From the NCBI GenBank assembly GCA_963716475.1, contig OY970314.1:628790-692789 (forward strand): a stretch of DNA of 64,000 nucleotides. The letters are read 5' to 3'. The DNA comes from Candidatus Woesebacteria bacterium (GTDB lineage: Bacteria; Patescibacteriota; Microgenomatia; UBA8517). The position numbers and the translations under genes were made by a program. A model generated the notes under the pieces. The model saw only the letters and a list, made by a program, of their open reading frames with translations. It was not told the DNA's origin and did no database searches. How positions within the stretch are numbered: the first letter of the stretch is position 1; each line of letters begins with the position of its first letter. This document shows, piece by piece, positions 46,565-56,588 of this stretch.

Positions 46565-49030
46565 CTATATCTTCTGCCAATGATATTGACCCACGGCGGT
46601 GTCCGGGACGATGGTAATGTGATCACCGGGATTAATCTTGCCTTCCAAAACTCCCTTTCCAACAATATCGGACAAATTTAAATCTATAATCCGGCGCATC
46701 GGACGGGCTCCTGATGCAGGATTATAACCTTCTTTAGCCAATTTTTGGCAAAGACCGGAATTAATTTCAAACGAAATGTTTTTGGCAAGAAGATTTCTCC
46801 TAAAGTCCTCCAACTGAAGTCTGGCCACTTCAACCATGTTTTCTGCAGAAAGAGGCTCATAAACAACTACCCCGTCGAAACGGTTGAGAAATTCGGGAGA
46901 AAAATAGCCTTCTGTTTGAACATTATCAATAACATCTTTTTGAAGAGCTTCACCTTTAACCCCCTTGGAAACCAACTGGCGTATATGCTCGGCTCCCGCG
47001 TTGGAAGTAGCAATAACAAATAAATGGCGGCAATTAACTCTTTCACCGGAAGCATCCGTAATGTATCCCTCATCCAATAACGTTAAGAAAAAATTAAATA
47101 TTTCGGGCGGACTTTTCTCTATTTCATCGAGCAGCAACAGACTTGAGGGGTGACTTTTAATGGCAGTTGTCAGCGCTCCCGGTTCATTTTTATCGACAGA
47201 GCCGATTAGCCGGGTAACGCCTTCAGAACCCACAAATTCAGCCATGTCAAAACGGATAATAGCATCCTCACTGCCGTAGTAAACCTGTGCCAAAACTTTG
47301 GCCGTCTGGGTTTTACCTACTCCCGTCGGCCCCAGGAAAAGAAAACTGCCTACGGGCTTTTCCTCACTTTTCCCGCCGACAGTTCTACCCCGAAGACTTT
47401 TGGCAATCAAAGAAACCGCATTTTCCTGGTCGATCAGATTCTTATGAATTATTTCCTCAAGATTAGAAAGTTTTGTTTGCGATTCTCCTGTCAGCCCGGT
47501 CAAAGATATTCCTGTTTTTTCAGTCAGCACCCGGTTGACATCGTCGACAGAAATAGGAGTCGTACCGCTCCTGGCGATAACAACTTCCTCAAGAAGCTCA
47601 AGGGTTTTTTCGGGAAACGGGGTATCGGTAATATACTTATCGCTTCCCTCCAAAACGCGTCTGAGAGCGGGCGAGGTAATAATAATCTTTTTCTCTATTT
47701 CAAGTTTTTGGGCAAAGGCAACCAGTATTGACAAAGCCTCATCTTTACCCGGCGGGGTAACTTCTATCGTCTCAAAATATTTTCTTATTCTGGCATCTTT
47801 AGCCAAAAATTTTTCATAATCGACAGTGGAGGTAACAGCAATAATCTTTAATTTACCGGGTTCAAGAGCTTTTTCTATTACATCCGTAAAATCCAATCCC
47901 TCAACTAATGATGAGGTCAGTCGCTGGATATCCTTTATCACCAAAATTACATTTCCGGCACGACCGGCTTCCTCGATAAGATCGGCGAGTTTGACTTTCT
48001 TTTGGCTCAAATCACTTGAGCCGGAAAGAATCGCCTGGTAATTCAAATCCAAAACACGGCAATAGGATAAAGAAGAATCCAGTTCACCTTTCCAAGCCCG
48101 ATGAACAAACTCATGAATGACAGTCTTCCTACCGACCCCGGGCTGGCCTTCCAGAATAACGCTCTTGCCGGTTTGAAGAACATGGGCCATTCTCATAACA
48201 ACATCCCTTCTTCCCACCAGATGACTGGAGAAAGACGGCATATAGCTAAAATTTTCAGAATAATTATCGAGACCGGGGGTATAGCCGGTCAAAAGTTCAG
48301 AACCGATTCCGGGAAAATCAAACGATGACGTGTTAGACTGTCCGTTATTAAGTGAAGTTTTTCGGAAGTCCCAGCAGTAGGCCGCCAAAAAAATATCTTC
48401 CTTGGTTAAAGACAAAGGACGGAGTTTAGCTTCAACATCCGGATTCACTGAAAAAAGCCATTTAATCAGATCTTCATAGGATTTTACCGAAAGACCGGCT
48501 GAGGCAGCCGGCTCAACTTTTAATCCGGAAATGATAGGGTTAATGTCCACACCCAAATGGGAAAGCAAATACCGGCCGGCTTCGTTTTGGAAAATAGTAT
48601 CAATAGCACGATCCGGATGGCCTTTAATTTTATGCAAAAGATTTTCAATAAGACTGGCCTGACTGCTTTGGTACTTAACATAATCCGGCAAACTCAAAGG
48701 AAAAACGGGGATCCAGATTACAAGCAAAATTAAGCCAAATACTACATCCCCAATCAGAGCTACAAGGCAGAAAACTATCAAAAATAAACGAACTATGGCT
48801 CCGATTGCTCTTGATATCAAATTAAAAGTTATTTCCTGAAAAAATTTGGTGAAATTAAAAATTGACCTTTGCTCAACAGCCAATCTTTTCCACGGGGCAA
48901 AAAAAGATTTGATTAAAACCGGCAGGGCGAAGTAATGAACTATTTTCCGAAAAGAAAGAATCCACCTTTTAAGATAAAGCGGAATGCCATAGAGAAAATG
49001 CCACAGTAAGAAATTCATGGTTAATCTCAA
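46565..49030 (-). CDS. membrane-anchored Clp/Hsp100-type AAA+ ATPase (two AAA modules)
   Basis: ~110-aa N-terminal TM region; 'EGQPGVGRKTV' and 'FLGPTGVGKTQTAKVLA' Walker A motifs; ClpA/B-like D2 'GARPMRRII'. Confidence 0.7.
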   Translation of the reverse strand: MRLTMNFLLWHFLYGIPLYLKRWILSFRKIVHYFALPVLIKSFFAPWKRLAVEQRSIFNFTKFFQEITFNLISRAIGAIVRLFLIVFCLVALIGDVVFGLILLVIWIPVFPLSLPDYVKYQSSQASLIENLLHKIKGHPDRAIDTIFQNEAGRYLLSHLGVDINPIISGLKVEPAASAGLSVKSYEDLIKWLFSVNPDVEAKLRPLSLTKEDIFLAAYCWDFRKTSLNNGQSNTSSFDFPGIGSELLTGYTPGLDNYSENFSYMPSFSSHLVGRRDVVMRMAHVLQTGKSVILEGQPGVGRKTVIHEFVHRAWKGELDSSLSYCRVLDLNYQAILSGSSDLSQKKVKLADLIEEAGRAGNVILVIKDIQRLTSSLVEGLDFTDVIEKALEPGKLKIIAVTSTVDYEKFLAKDARIRKYFETIEVTPPGKDEALSILVAFAQKLEIEKKIIITSPALRRVLEGSDKYITDTPFPEKTLELLEEVVIARSGTTPISVDDVNRVLTEKTGISLTGLTGESQTKLSNLEEIIHKNLIDQENAVSLIAKSLRGRTVGGKSEEKPVGSFLFLGPTGVGKTQTAKVLAQVYYGSEDAIIRFDMAEFVGSEGVTRLIGSVDKNEPGALTTAIKSHPSSLLLLDEIEKSPPEIFNFFLTLLDEGYITDASGERVNCRHLFVIATSNAGAEHIRQLVSKGVKGEALQKDVIDNVQTEGYFSPEFLNRFDGVVVYEPLSAENMVEVARLQLEDFRRNLLAKNISFEINSGLCQKLAKEGYNPASGARPMRRIIDLNLSDIVGKGVLEGKINPGDHITIVPDTAVGQYHWQKI

Positions 49031-49260
49031 TATATCATAGCCACCACCCGGTATCTACGGGACCCCGGTTTTGTGGTATAATAGGACATAGATAATAATT
49101 TTTCGTTAAACAAACTCGTAGCGACTCTCCTCAAAAAAGGCGGGCACGTCAATAAGTATTACCTTCAGGAATGGAACAAAAATAAACACGCCATTGTGTT
49201 TCTTAACGGCTGGGTTTCCGGAAAAAACATCCGTGAGGCCATAACTAAGGCTTTATCATA

Positions 49261-49512
49261 ATGATTACGAGGAACACCAGTATCTGTATCGAATGCGGCA
49301 AACAAAGAATTGTAGTGGGTACGTATGAAGAAAAAGTCGGCAACAGCGTTGTAGTTTATAAAGAGACAATTTGCCCCGATCCCGAGTGTCAAAAAAAGGT
49401 TGAGAAAATACTTGCCAAGGAACTTGAAAAAAGGCAGCAATCTGCACTAAATCAAAAACTAAGGATTGAGGGAAGAAAAATGGCAAAACTTCAGGAAATA
49501 AGAAACATCTAG
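49261..49512 (+). CDS. small zinc-ribbon protein
   Basis: 'CIECG...CPDPEC' ; chosen over antisense ORF 49165..49440. Confidence 0.35.
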   Translation: MITRNTSICIECGKQRIVVGTYEEKVGNSVVVYKETICPDPECQKKVEKILAKELEKRQQSALNQKLRIEGRKMAKLQEIRNI

Positions 49513-49514
49513 GG

Positions 49515-50549
49515 TCAGCCCGTTATTACCTTCAGTTTAGGAATTTTGTGAAGAACAAAGGCGATTAAAAAAGATACGCTAACGGTGACTCCAAAAAATA
49601 GCGGGTCAAAAAGTAATTTACTGAATGTATTTCCGCTAAAGAACATGAATAAGCTTTTTCCGAATAATGTCCATGATATCTCGAGAATAATTACATGAAT
49701 GAGAAAAACAAGAAAGGAAAGTTTGGAGAATTTATCCGTCAGGGAAAATTGAAACTCCTTTTTTTCAAAGAGAAAGAAAAGAACCAAGCCAATAAGAGTC
49801 GTGTAAATTAGCGTGCTGGGACGCCACTGGGAATAATAGTAAAAAGTATTTCCCGTTACCAAAAAACGGCTAAAACCTTCCCAATAAACATAAATTCCTG
49901 CCAACATTGCAGCGGGAAACAGAAAATATTTCCATTTATTTACGACCGCTTGTATCCGGTCTTTATTACGCGCAGCGATAATACCGGTTACAAAAAAGAA
50001 GTAAGCAAGTATTGCGATATGAATGGGATCGGCAAATTTAAATTCCGTTACATAATAGTCAATGTATAAAAGCAAGGTCTGGGAAATAAGAAGCAAAGCA
50101 TAAACCCATTTGTTGGAAATAATTTTGTAAATTCTGTGCAGGAACGGAAAAATCAGATAAAAAATACAAAGTGTGGGAATAAAATACAGCTGATATGAAG
50201 CATCCCCTTTAGCAAGCACCAGGAAAAAATTTTCCCGGTTTTGGCTGTAAATAAACAGGTAGTATATAGCACTCCAAAAAACATAGGGGACAAAAATTCT
50301 TGAGAATCTTTTTTTAAAATAAGAAACATAACCCGAGATCCGGTCAAAACTGATCTCGAGAACAAATCCGGACATCATAAAGAAAAGGGGCACGGCAAAT
50401 CTGGCGATCTGGTTCAGAAATAAAGTTACGGGGAAACCCGCCAAATTAAATTTCGCGGCCTCAAGGGTTCGCGTTGTTGTGTGAATAAGGATAACTGCCA
50501 AAATAGAAAGTGTCCTTATGGAATCGATCGATTTTACATACTGCTTCAT
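49515..50549 (-). CDS. acyltransferase family 3 membrane protein
   Basis: 344 aa, ~10 TM, OatA-like architecture. Confidence 0.6.
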   Translation of the reverse strand: MKQYVKSIDSIRTLSILAVILIHTTTRTLEAAKFNLAGFPVTLFLNQIARFAVPLFFMMSGFVLEISFDRISGYVSYFKKRFSRIFVPYVFWSAIYYLFIYSQNRENFFLVLAKGDASYQLYFIPTLCIFYLIFPFLHRIYKIISNKWVYALLLISQTLLLYIDYYVTEFKFADPIHIAILAYFFFVTGIIAARNKDRIQAVVNKWKYFLFPAAMLAGIYVYWEGFSRFLVTGNTFYYYSQWRPSTLIYTTLIGLVLFFLFEKKEFQFSLTDKFSKLSFLVFLIHVIILEISWTLFGKSLFMFFSGNTFSKLLFDPLFFGVTVSVSFLIAFVLHKIPKLKVITG

Positions 50550-50558
50550 ATCCGGAGA

Positions 50559-51596
50559 TTATTTCAGATAGCGGTTAAAAAAGTCAATTGTTCTTTTCAT
50601 GGCCAAGTCAAAATCCTGATTTATGTCGTGGTTGCTACCGGGGTATTTGTAATACTCGATCTTTTTACCCAATATTTTCAGCTCATCATAAAGTACTTCC
50701 GAAAAAACGGGCGGAACCTGATTATCGGCTAGTCCTACATCTATTTGAACAGGAGCCAAAACATCATTCAAAAAATATGTAGGATCACAAGAGTTCCAAA
50801 AATCAGGATTTGTAGCCGGAGTACCATAAAGACCGATCAGAACATCCTTATTCTTATTTCGTAACATCAGATCTTCTGCATCGGGTTTATAAGTAACTTT
50901 ATTTTCCCAATTATAGATTATGTCATTGTACGAACTAACTACCCCTCCCCAAATTACTGCAGCTTTAATATCAGTCGTATCGATTACAAGATCCCGAAGG
51001 GTAATTGCGCCCCCCATTGAGTGGCCCCAAACTCCTATCCTGGTCGGATCGGCTGCAAAATATTTCTTTACAGAGGCAATGGCGTTCAAATCATCCACTG
51101 TATAATCGGGAGAGTAAAATGCACTGGTCGGGCTTCCTTCAGACTTCCCGTTACCCCGATAGTTTGGCTTAAAAACTATATAGCCGTTTTTAGCAAAGGC
51201 ATCAGCCTGGGGAATGTAGTTGCCGTCCGGCGTATATTTTTCCGGGATGATATAGCCGTGATTTAAAATAATTACCGGCCAGCCCTGGGCCGGTTTAACT
51301 CCTTTGGGAACAAGAAGGAGGGCATAAATCTTTAGGCCGTCCGATTTATACGATGAAATATAGCGGTTGTAGCTACTCGCAGGTGATAGCGTCTCTTCAA
51401 TTACAATATTACTTCCGGGGTAATCCCAGCCTCTCATCGCCTGAATAGTTAAAGGGTTAAGGGCAGCAGAAGTTTGTTGAATGGCTACCGGTTGGGGGGA
51501 ATGAAAAATCCCGGTGATAAGGGCAATAAACGCCAGAAAATTGGAAATTATATATTGGGCAGTTTCCACTTCTTGATTATATATCAAGAAATACAC
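50559..51596 (-). CDS. secreted alpha/beta hydrolase (S9 peptidase/esterase-like)
   Basis: 'GVWGHSMGGAI' GxSxG nucleophile elbow; C-terminal 'GSNHD' His. Confidence 0.6.
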   Translation of the reverse strand: MYFLIYNQEVETAQYIISNFLAFIALITGIFHSPQPVAIQQTSAALNPLTIQAMRGWDYPGSNIVIEETLSPASSYNRYISSYKSDGLKIYALLLVPKGVKPAQGWPVIILNHGYIIPEKYTPDGNYIPQADAFAKNGYIVFKPNYRGNGKSEGSPTSAFYSPDYTVDDLNAIASVKKYFAADPTRIGVWGHSMGGAITLRDLVIDTTDIKAAVIWGGVVSSYNDIIYNWENKVTYKPDAEDLMLRNKNKDVLIGLYGTPATNPDFWNSCDPTYFLNDVLAPVQIDVGLADNQVPPVFSEVLYDELKILGKKIEYYKYPGSNHDINQDFDLAMKRTIDFFNRYLK

Positions 51597-51683
51597 ACTA
51601 ATGCGTGTATACTGATTGAATTGAATACAAGTAGTGCCCTTTATTGGTTTGGCGGAAAATTGGTAAAAGTTTATTCAAAAATA

Positions 51684-52280
51684 ATGCTTCGGATGAGTGT
51701 AGTTTCACACTTCCCCATGCCCACCGGGGCCAAAATAATTGTTGCCAACCACCCGACAGGAACTGATCCTTTTGTAATATTTTCAATTATGAAAGTTAAG
51801 GTGAGTATACTTATTGTCAATCTTGCTTTTAAAGTCCCTATATTCGGCAGATATATTGATTACATCGGACATATTCCTGTGAATAATAAAAAGGCGTATT
51901 TGGCTTTTAAAAAGGCGCTTAAAATTTTAAAAGACGGCGGAACTGTTGTAATTTTCATTGAGGGCGGCATAAGTCCCTTTGCCGACGTTTTTTTAAAACC
52001 GAGGACCGGTCCCGTTCGTTTAGCACTCGAAACGGGTGCTTCAATTGTACCAATCGGAATAGGAATCAAATATGCAAATATCAGAAATATATCTGCAACG
52101 ATTTCTGATGTTAATGCCTTCGGCAAATGGTACTTTCACGGTCCTTATGCTGTTACCATCGGCAAATCGATAAAATTATCAGGAAATGTTAAAAATAGGT
52201 CTCTCGTAAGAAATTTGTCCAACCGTATTATGGGCAGAATAAAAAAATTGGCCACAGAAAGCTCGTCCAGAGTTGCATAG
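51684..52280 (+). CDS. 1-acyl-sn-glycerol-3-phosphate acyltransferase (PlsC-like)
   Basis: 'ANHPTGTDPF' (HxxxxD-type), 'FIEGGIS', 'PVRLAL'; start moved to internal Met to avoid overlap with 50559..51596. Confidence 0.55.
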   Translation: MLRMSVVSHFPMPTGAKIIVANHPTGTDPFVIFSIMKVKVSILIVNLAFKVPIFGRYIDYIGHIPVNNKKAYLAFKKALKILKDGGTVVIFIEGGISPFADVFLKPRTGPVRLALETGASIVPIGIGIKYANIRNISATISDVNAFGKWYFHGPYAVTIGKSIKLSGNVKNRSLVRNLSNRIMGRIKKLATESSSRVA

Positions 52281-52298
52281 TGGTGGTAGGATAATTAT

Positions 52299-52739
52299 AT
52301 GGAAGCAAAAGACTTTGAGCTACCAGATCAGGACGGAAAAATTCATAAATTGTCCGATTACAAGGGTAAATGGGTAGTGCTTTATTTTTACCCCAAGGAC
52401 GATACGCCCGGTTGCACTAAAGAGGCGTGCAATTTCAGAGATTCAATCGCTAAATTTCAGAAACTTGGGGTAGTTATTTTGGGCGTTTCCAAAGATTCGG
52501 TAGCCTCGCATAAAAAATTCGCAGAAAAATACCATCTGAACTTCCCGATTTTATCCGATGAGTCGAAAAATGTAATAAAAGAATACAAGTCCTGGGGAAT
52601 AAAAAAATTCATGGGCAGGCAGTTTGAAGGAACAATCCGGAATACTTATTTGATAGATCCCAAAGGCAAGATAAATAAAGTTTATGAAAAGGTCAATCCG
52701 CTCTCCCACTCCGAACAAATCCTGAAAGATTTAGAATAG
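52299..52739 (+). CDS. bcp: peroxiredoxin Bcp (thiol peroxidase)
   Basis: 'FYPKDDTPGCTKEACNFRD' peroxidatic Cys motif. Confidence 0.8.
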   Translation: MEAKDFELPDQDGKIHKLSDYKGKWVVLYFYPKDDTPGCTKEACNFRDSIAKFQKLGVVILGVSKDSVASHKKFAEKYHLNFPILSDESKNVIKEYKSWGIKKFMGRQFEGTIRNTYLIDPKGKINKVYEKVNPLSHSEQILKDLE

Positions 52740-52751
52740 ACCGTCTTGACG

Positions 52752-53006
52752 CTAGGAAATATCCTTTTTCATATCCAAAAACTCTTTTTTGGTGATTTCG
52801 CCTTTTGCATATCTTTTCTTCAAAATATCCAAGGGACTTCCTATATTATCCTCGCCGTCAATTTCTTCCTTATCTCTTCCGCTTTTGACAAACCATTTGA
52901 TAAGGCCCACGACGACAAAAACTACAAGGATCCAAAAAATAAGGCCGAAGACCCAGCCGAAAGCCAACATCGGCCTGTATGTATTCCATCCATAGTAACC
53001 CATCAT
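52752..53006 (-). CDS. membrane protein with C-terminal SHOCT domain
   Basis: one TM; 'LDILKKRYAKGEITKKEFLDMKKDI' SHOCT consensus. Confidence 0.55.
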   Translation of the reverse strand: MMGYYGWNTYRPMLAFGWVFGLIFWILVVFVVVGLIKWFVKSGRDKEEIDGEDNIGSPLDILKKRYAKGEITKKEFLDMKKDIS

Positions 53007-53109
53007 AATCTTCTCACTTCCTTTGACTGCAAATTCTAAATAAATAATCTGAGAATATCCTTAAGATATTGCTTAATTTTTCAGATACTGTTAAGTTATT
53101 CGTATTACT

Positions 53110-53694
53110 GTGAGAGTAATTACTATTAAAAAGAAAGTATTCGGCGATTTAGACGTACGCGGGAATGATTATTCAGATACTACATTCCGTTCCTGCAAAT
53201 TCATAGGCTTGACTTTTAAATTTTGCAATTTCAGCGGTTGCGTTTTTGAAAATTGCGATTTTTCCGAAAGTATTTTTGAATCGGTGGGATTCTCCAACTG
53301 TAAATTTCCTTCGAGTAAACTAAGCAACATTGATTTCGGAAGCACCACAGTTACTGCCTGTGATTTTACAACGGCAGTTTCCGAAAATTGCGTTTTCCAA
53401 AAGTTAAAAGGAGGCAGCAAAAGCGAGAGGAAAAATTTGGATTTAAGACTCAGTAATTTTGAGGGTGCCAATTTAAGCGGAACCATATTTGTTATGTGTA
53501 ACTTGAAAAAGGTTAATTTCCAGAAGTCAGTTCTTGAAAACGCTGTTTTTGAAAGATGTAATCTTGAAGAAAGTGATTTCACTCAAGCGAGAGTCGCCGG
53601 CTGCGGATTCACAGACTGCCAAATCAAAAAAACTTATCTGGACATGAACGGTTTTTTAGACTACGGAAGCTCCAAGGGATTTGAATTAAGGTAA
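53110..53694 (+). CDS. pentapeptide-repeat protein
   Basis: tandem A(D/N)LxX-like pentapeptides, e.g. 'CDFSESIFESVGFSNCKF', 'ANLSGTIFVMCNLKKVNFQKSVLENAVF'. Confidence 0.65.
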   Translation: MRVITIKKKVFGDLDVRGNDYSDTTFRSCKFIGLTFKFCNFSGCVFENCDFSESIFESVGFSNCKFPSSKLSNIDFGSTTVTACDFTTAVSENCVFQKLKGGSKSERKNLDLRLSNFEGANLSGTIFVMCNLKKVNFQKSVLENAVFERCNLEESDFTQARVAGCGFTDCQIKKTYLDMNGFLDYGSSKGFELR

Positions 53695-53697
53695 CGT

Positions 53698-53723
53698 TTA
53701 CTAATTCATCGATGAATTAGTAA
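53698..53723. promoter_or_regulatory. 26-bp perfect palindrome TTACTAATTCATCGATGAATTAGTAA (putative operator)
   Basis: perfect dyad, 37 bp upstream of TrpR/YerC-like gene start. Confidence 0.45.
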
Positions 53724-53760
53724 TAGATACAACGGGATACATCGACTAGAATAGATTGTC

Positions 53761-54213
53761 ATGGCTAGAGTCTCAAAAGTAATAATTGACAAAAATCTTG
53801 AGAAAGAAATTTTTAGTCAATTTTGGAATTCACTCGCAAAAATAAACGATTCAGGTAAAACATCCGAATTTTTCTCCGATCTATTATCTGAGACAGAAAA
53901 GCTAATGCTCGCTAAAAGATTTACCACCGCCATTCTCATCGTAAGGGGTAGGTCGGCTACAGAAATTAGAAACGCAATTCATCTGTCTTACTCAACCATT
54001 GGAACGGTTGCCGCTTGGGTCAAAAACGGAAAACCTACCACAAAAGGGATACTTAATAAAATTTCAACTGAGAAAAATTGGGAATCGGTATTAGACAAAA
54101 TAGATGAAATCTTGGATAAAATTCCGCCCAGAAGACACTCGGATTGGAAGAAAGAATATGCAATGAAAAGAGAAAGAACAAATCAAAGACTTACTAGAAA
54201 ATCCCTTCGCTAA
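53761..54213 (+). CDS. TrpR/YerC-like (Trp-repressor family) DNA-binding protein
   Basis: 'KLMLAKRFTTAILIVRGRSATEIRNAIHLSYSTIGTVAA' HTH typical of TrpR/YerC family; TAGAAT 8 nt upstream of ATG. Confidence 0.5.
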   Translation: MARVSKVIIDKNLEKEIFSQFWNSLAKINDSGKTSEFFSDLLSETEKLMLAKRFTTAILIVRGRSATEIRNAIHLSYSTIGTVAAWVKNGKPTTKGILNKISTEKNWESVLDKIDEILDKIPPRRHSDWKKEYAMKRERTNQRLTRKSLR

Positions 54214-54219
54214 TCAACC

Positions 54220-54241
54220 ATCAATTCATCGATGAATTGAT
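54220..54241. promoter_or_regulatory. 22-bp perfect palindrome ATCAATTCATCGATGAATTGAT (second copy of the AATTCATCGATGAATT core)
   Basis: 7 bp after stop of 53761..54213, between convergent genes; no flanking U-run. Confidence 0.4.
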
Positions 54242-54266
54242 ACTAAAACCGAAAAGTAAAAAATAA

Positions 54267-54659
54267 TTAGCGGTGGTCGTAAAAATCTATTGCAAATCTT
54301 TTAGCTAAATCTATCTGGTCCTCGGTAGCATCTGTGTCGCCGGAGATAATCCCCTTTAAGCCCTTTTTAATGTCCTCTATTTTTTCAAATTTATGTCCCA
54401 ATTCCAAAAATTCTAATGCATTATCGAGATGCCTTGAACCGGGGTAGGGGTGTAGAATCCCCTGTTTCAGATCACTGAAAAATTTCCTGCCTTGATCTTT
54501 GCCCTTTATTACTGAATCGAAATATCCATCAACGGATGAAAGAATGTCTCCGTCCGGAGGATAAAATGCCTCACCCGCTTTATTTTTGGATGTTTTACCG
54601 AGGATCACGCGATCGTAAAGCAAACCTTGCGAGAGACTAGCTTCTAATTCTGGTGCCAC
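54267..54659 (-). CDS. hypothetical protein
   Basis: 130 aa ORF. Confidence 0.4.
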   Translation of the reverse strand: MAPELEASLSQGLLYDRVILGKTSKNKAGEAFYPPDGDILSSVDGYFDSVIKGKDQGRKFFSDLKQGILHPYPGSRHLDNALEFLELGHKFEKIEDIKKGLKGIISGDTDATEDQIDLAKRFAIDFYDHR

Positions 54660-54702
54660 GAGCTGATTCTATGCCTTTTAATAAAGTTGTCAACGACCGT
54701 GC

Positions 54703-55902
54703 CTATTCATACTTCAGGGCCTCGATAGGGTTAAGCTTGCTTGCACGGGCGGCCGGAGCAACTCCAAAAATTATTCCTATTGCCGCCGAAACCCCGAAGG
54801 CCAGAGCTACCGACCAAAAAGTAACCGTTGTGGTAATAAACTGATTAATCACAAGAGATCCCAAAAATCCGATTGCAACACCGATCCCTCCACCGGAGAC
54901 AGACAAGGCAACCGATTCAATAAGGAATTGAACCAAGATGTCGCGGGGTTTAGCTCCGACCGCTTTTCTAAGCCCGATTTCGCGAGTTCTTTCGGTAACG
55001 CTTACCAGCATAATATTCATAATTCCGACGCCACCTACCACGAGAGAAATTGCCGCGATTCCCCCAAGGGCAAAGGTCACAACCCCCAAAATTTGGTTAA
55101 TTGTTGCAACAAGTGATGAAGAGTCAACTACGGAAAACTCATCTTCTTTCAGACGTTTACCCAGTTCCTTTTTAACCAGGGTCGTTGCTAATGCGATACT
55201 GTCTTTATCCGTAACCTTGACTGCTATCGCCTGAACACTTTTCATCCCGAAAAGTTGTTGCGCAGTTGTTAGGGGAAGTACTACAAAACTATTGATGTCA
55301 ATTCCGAGTCCGCCCGAAGCGATTTTACTCAAAACCCCGACCACTTGAAATTTTTGTTTACCCATCGTTACCTGCTTACCGATCGGATTTGACCCGCCAA
55401 AAAGTGAGTCAACAAGTCCGGGACCAATATCCGCAACATTTCGTCCTACCGTATTATCCGAATCGGATATCATACGCCCTTCAGATACCGACAAATTTCT
55501 CATTTTCTGATATTCGGCAGTCACCCCGGCCGCGGTCGTATATTTCGACTTTCCTAAATATGAAACCGTCATTGGCATTTCAATCCCGGCTCCGACCGAT
55601 TCGATTACCCCATCCAAGCGTTGCAATTTATCAACGTCCGATAGCGTCAGCTTACTACCCGCTAAGTTCGGGCCTGTAATGGCTCCTCCCTGGCCCACTT
55701 TTCCGGGGATAACCATAATCAAGTTGCTTCCCAGCATTTCGAACTGTTGGGTGATGTAGCTTTGCAAACCCTGTCCGATAGAAACAAGAAGTATAACCGC
55801 AGAAACTCCGATAATAATTCCGAGCATGGTCAGAATTGACCTGCTTTTATTGCGGAGTAAACTTCTGACCGCGAGCCTTGTAATTTCGCTTATCGGTATC
55901 AT
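54703..55902 (-). CDS. ABC transporter permease, FtsX/MacB family
   Basis: N-terminal TM, large periplasmic domain, C-terminal 3 TM with 'ERTREIGLRKAVGA' FtsX motif. Confidence 0.8.
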   Translation of the reverse strand: MIPISEITRLAVRSLLRNKSRSILTMLGIIIGVSAVILLVSIGQGLQSYITQQFEMLGSNLIMVIPGKVGQGGAITGPNLAGSKLTLSDVDKLQRLDGVIESVGAGIEMPMTVSYLGKSKYTTAAGVTAEYQKMRNLSVSEGRMISDSDNTVGRNVADIGPGLVDSLFGGSNPIGKQVTMGKQKFQVVGVLSKIASGGLGIDINSFVVLPLTTAQQLFGMKSVQAIAVKVTDKDSIALATTLVKKELGKRLKEDEFSVVDSSSLVATINQILGVVTFALGGIAAISLVVGGVGIMNIMLVSVTERTREIGLRKAVGAKPRDILVQFLIESVALSVSGGGIGVAIGFLGSLVINQFITTTVTFWSVALAFGVSAAIGIIFGVAPAARASKLNPIEALKYE

Positions 55903-56588
55903 TATGTTTTTTTGTCGGAAATAATCAGACCGTCTTTAATTTCGACGATTCTTTCGGCTTCTTCGGCAATTTCTCTTTCATGAGTAACAACAACAATCGT
56001 ATTTCCTTTTTTGTTCAAATCTTTAAGGAGATCTATTATTTCCTCCCCCGCGCGGCTGTCCAAGTTTCCCGTCGGTTCATCAGCCAGAATCAGACTTGGC
56101 CGGGTTACCAATGCCCGGGCAATGGCAACTCTTTGCTGTTGGCCTCCGGAAAGCTGTGCAGGAGTGTGATTAATGCGCTCCTCGAGTCCGACGGTTCGCA
56201 AAGCCTCTTCGGCTCTTTTTCTTCTTTCGCTTGCTGATATATTTGAATAAATCAAAGGCAGTTCAACATTCTCCAGTGCCGAAGTTTTGGGCAGTAAATT
56301 AAAAGCCTGAAAGACAAATCCTATATGTTTATTCCGAAGCTCAGCCAATTTTTCTTCCGGAAGTTTCTCCACATCACTCCCTTCAAGTTTAACCACACCG
56401 GTTGATGGCTGATCCAGAATTCCGATAATATGCATCAGCGTTGATTTACCCGACCCGGAAGGACCTATTATTGCCACAAATTCTCCTTCCTTTATTTCAA
56501 TGTCTATCCCTCTTAACGCGGAAACTTCAACGTCATCCCCCAATTTATAAGTTTTTGTAACTTTTGAAAGAGAAATTAAAGAAGTCAT
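55902..56588 (-). CDS. ABC transporter ATP-binding protein (MacB/LolD type)
   Basis: '[10 protein letters not shown]' Walker A, '[15 protein letters not shown]', '[11 protein letters not shown]'. Confidence 0.85.
   Translation of the reverse strand: MTSLISLSKVTKTYKLGDDVEVSALRGIDIEIKEGEFVAIIGPSGSGKSTLMHIIGILDQPSTGVVKLEGSDVEKLPEEKLAELRNKHIGFVFQAFNLLPKTSALENVELPLIYSNISASERRKRAEEALRTVGLEERINHTPAQLSGGQQQRVAIARALVTRPSLILADEPTGNLDSRAGEEIIDLLKDLNKKGNTIVVVTHEREIAEEAERIVEIKDGLIISDKKT

Noticed and set aside
46684-48328. Small ORFs on both strands inside 46565..49030
   Set aside because: They are nested in the Clp-type ATPase gene, which has two clear Walker A motifs. They are spurious.
49165-49440. 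91-aa minus-strand ORF
   Set aside because: It conflicts with the plus-strand zinc-ribbon ORF 49261..49512, which has paired CxxC motifs. The minus ORF has no features; low confidence either way.
51474-51683. ORF-track start of the PlsC-like gene at 51474
   Set aside because: It overlaps ~120 nt of the minus-strand hydrolase 50559..51596, and the conserved acyltransferase sequence begins after the internal Met at 51684.
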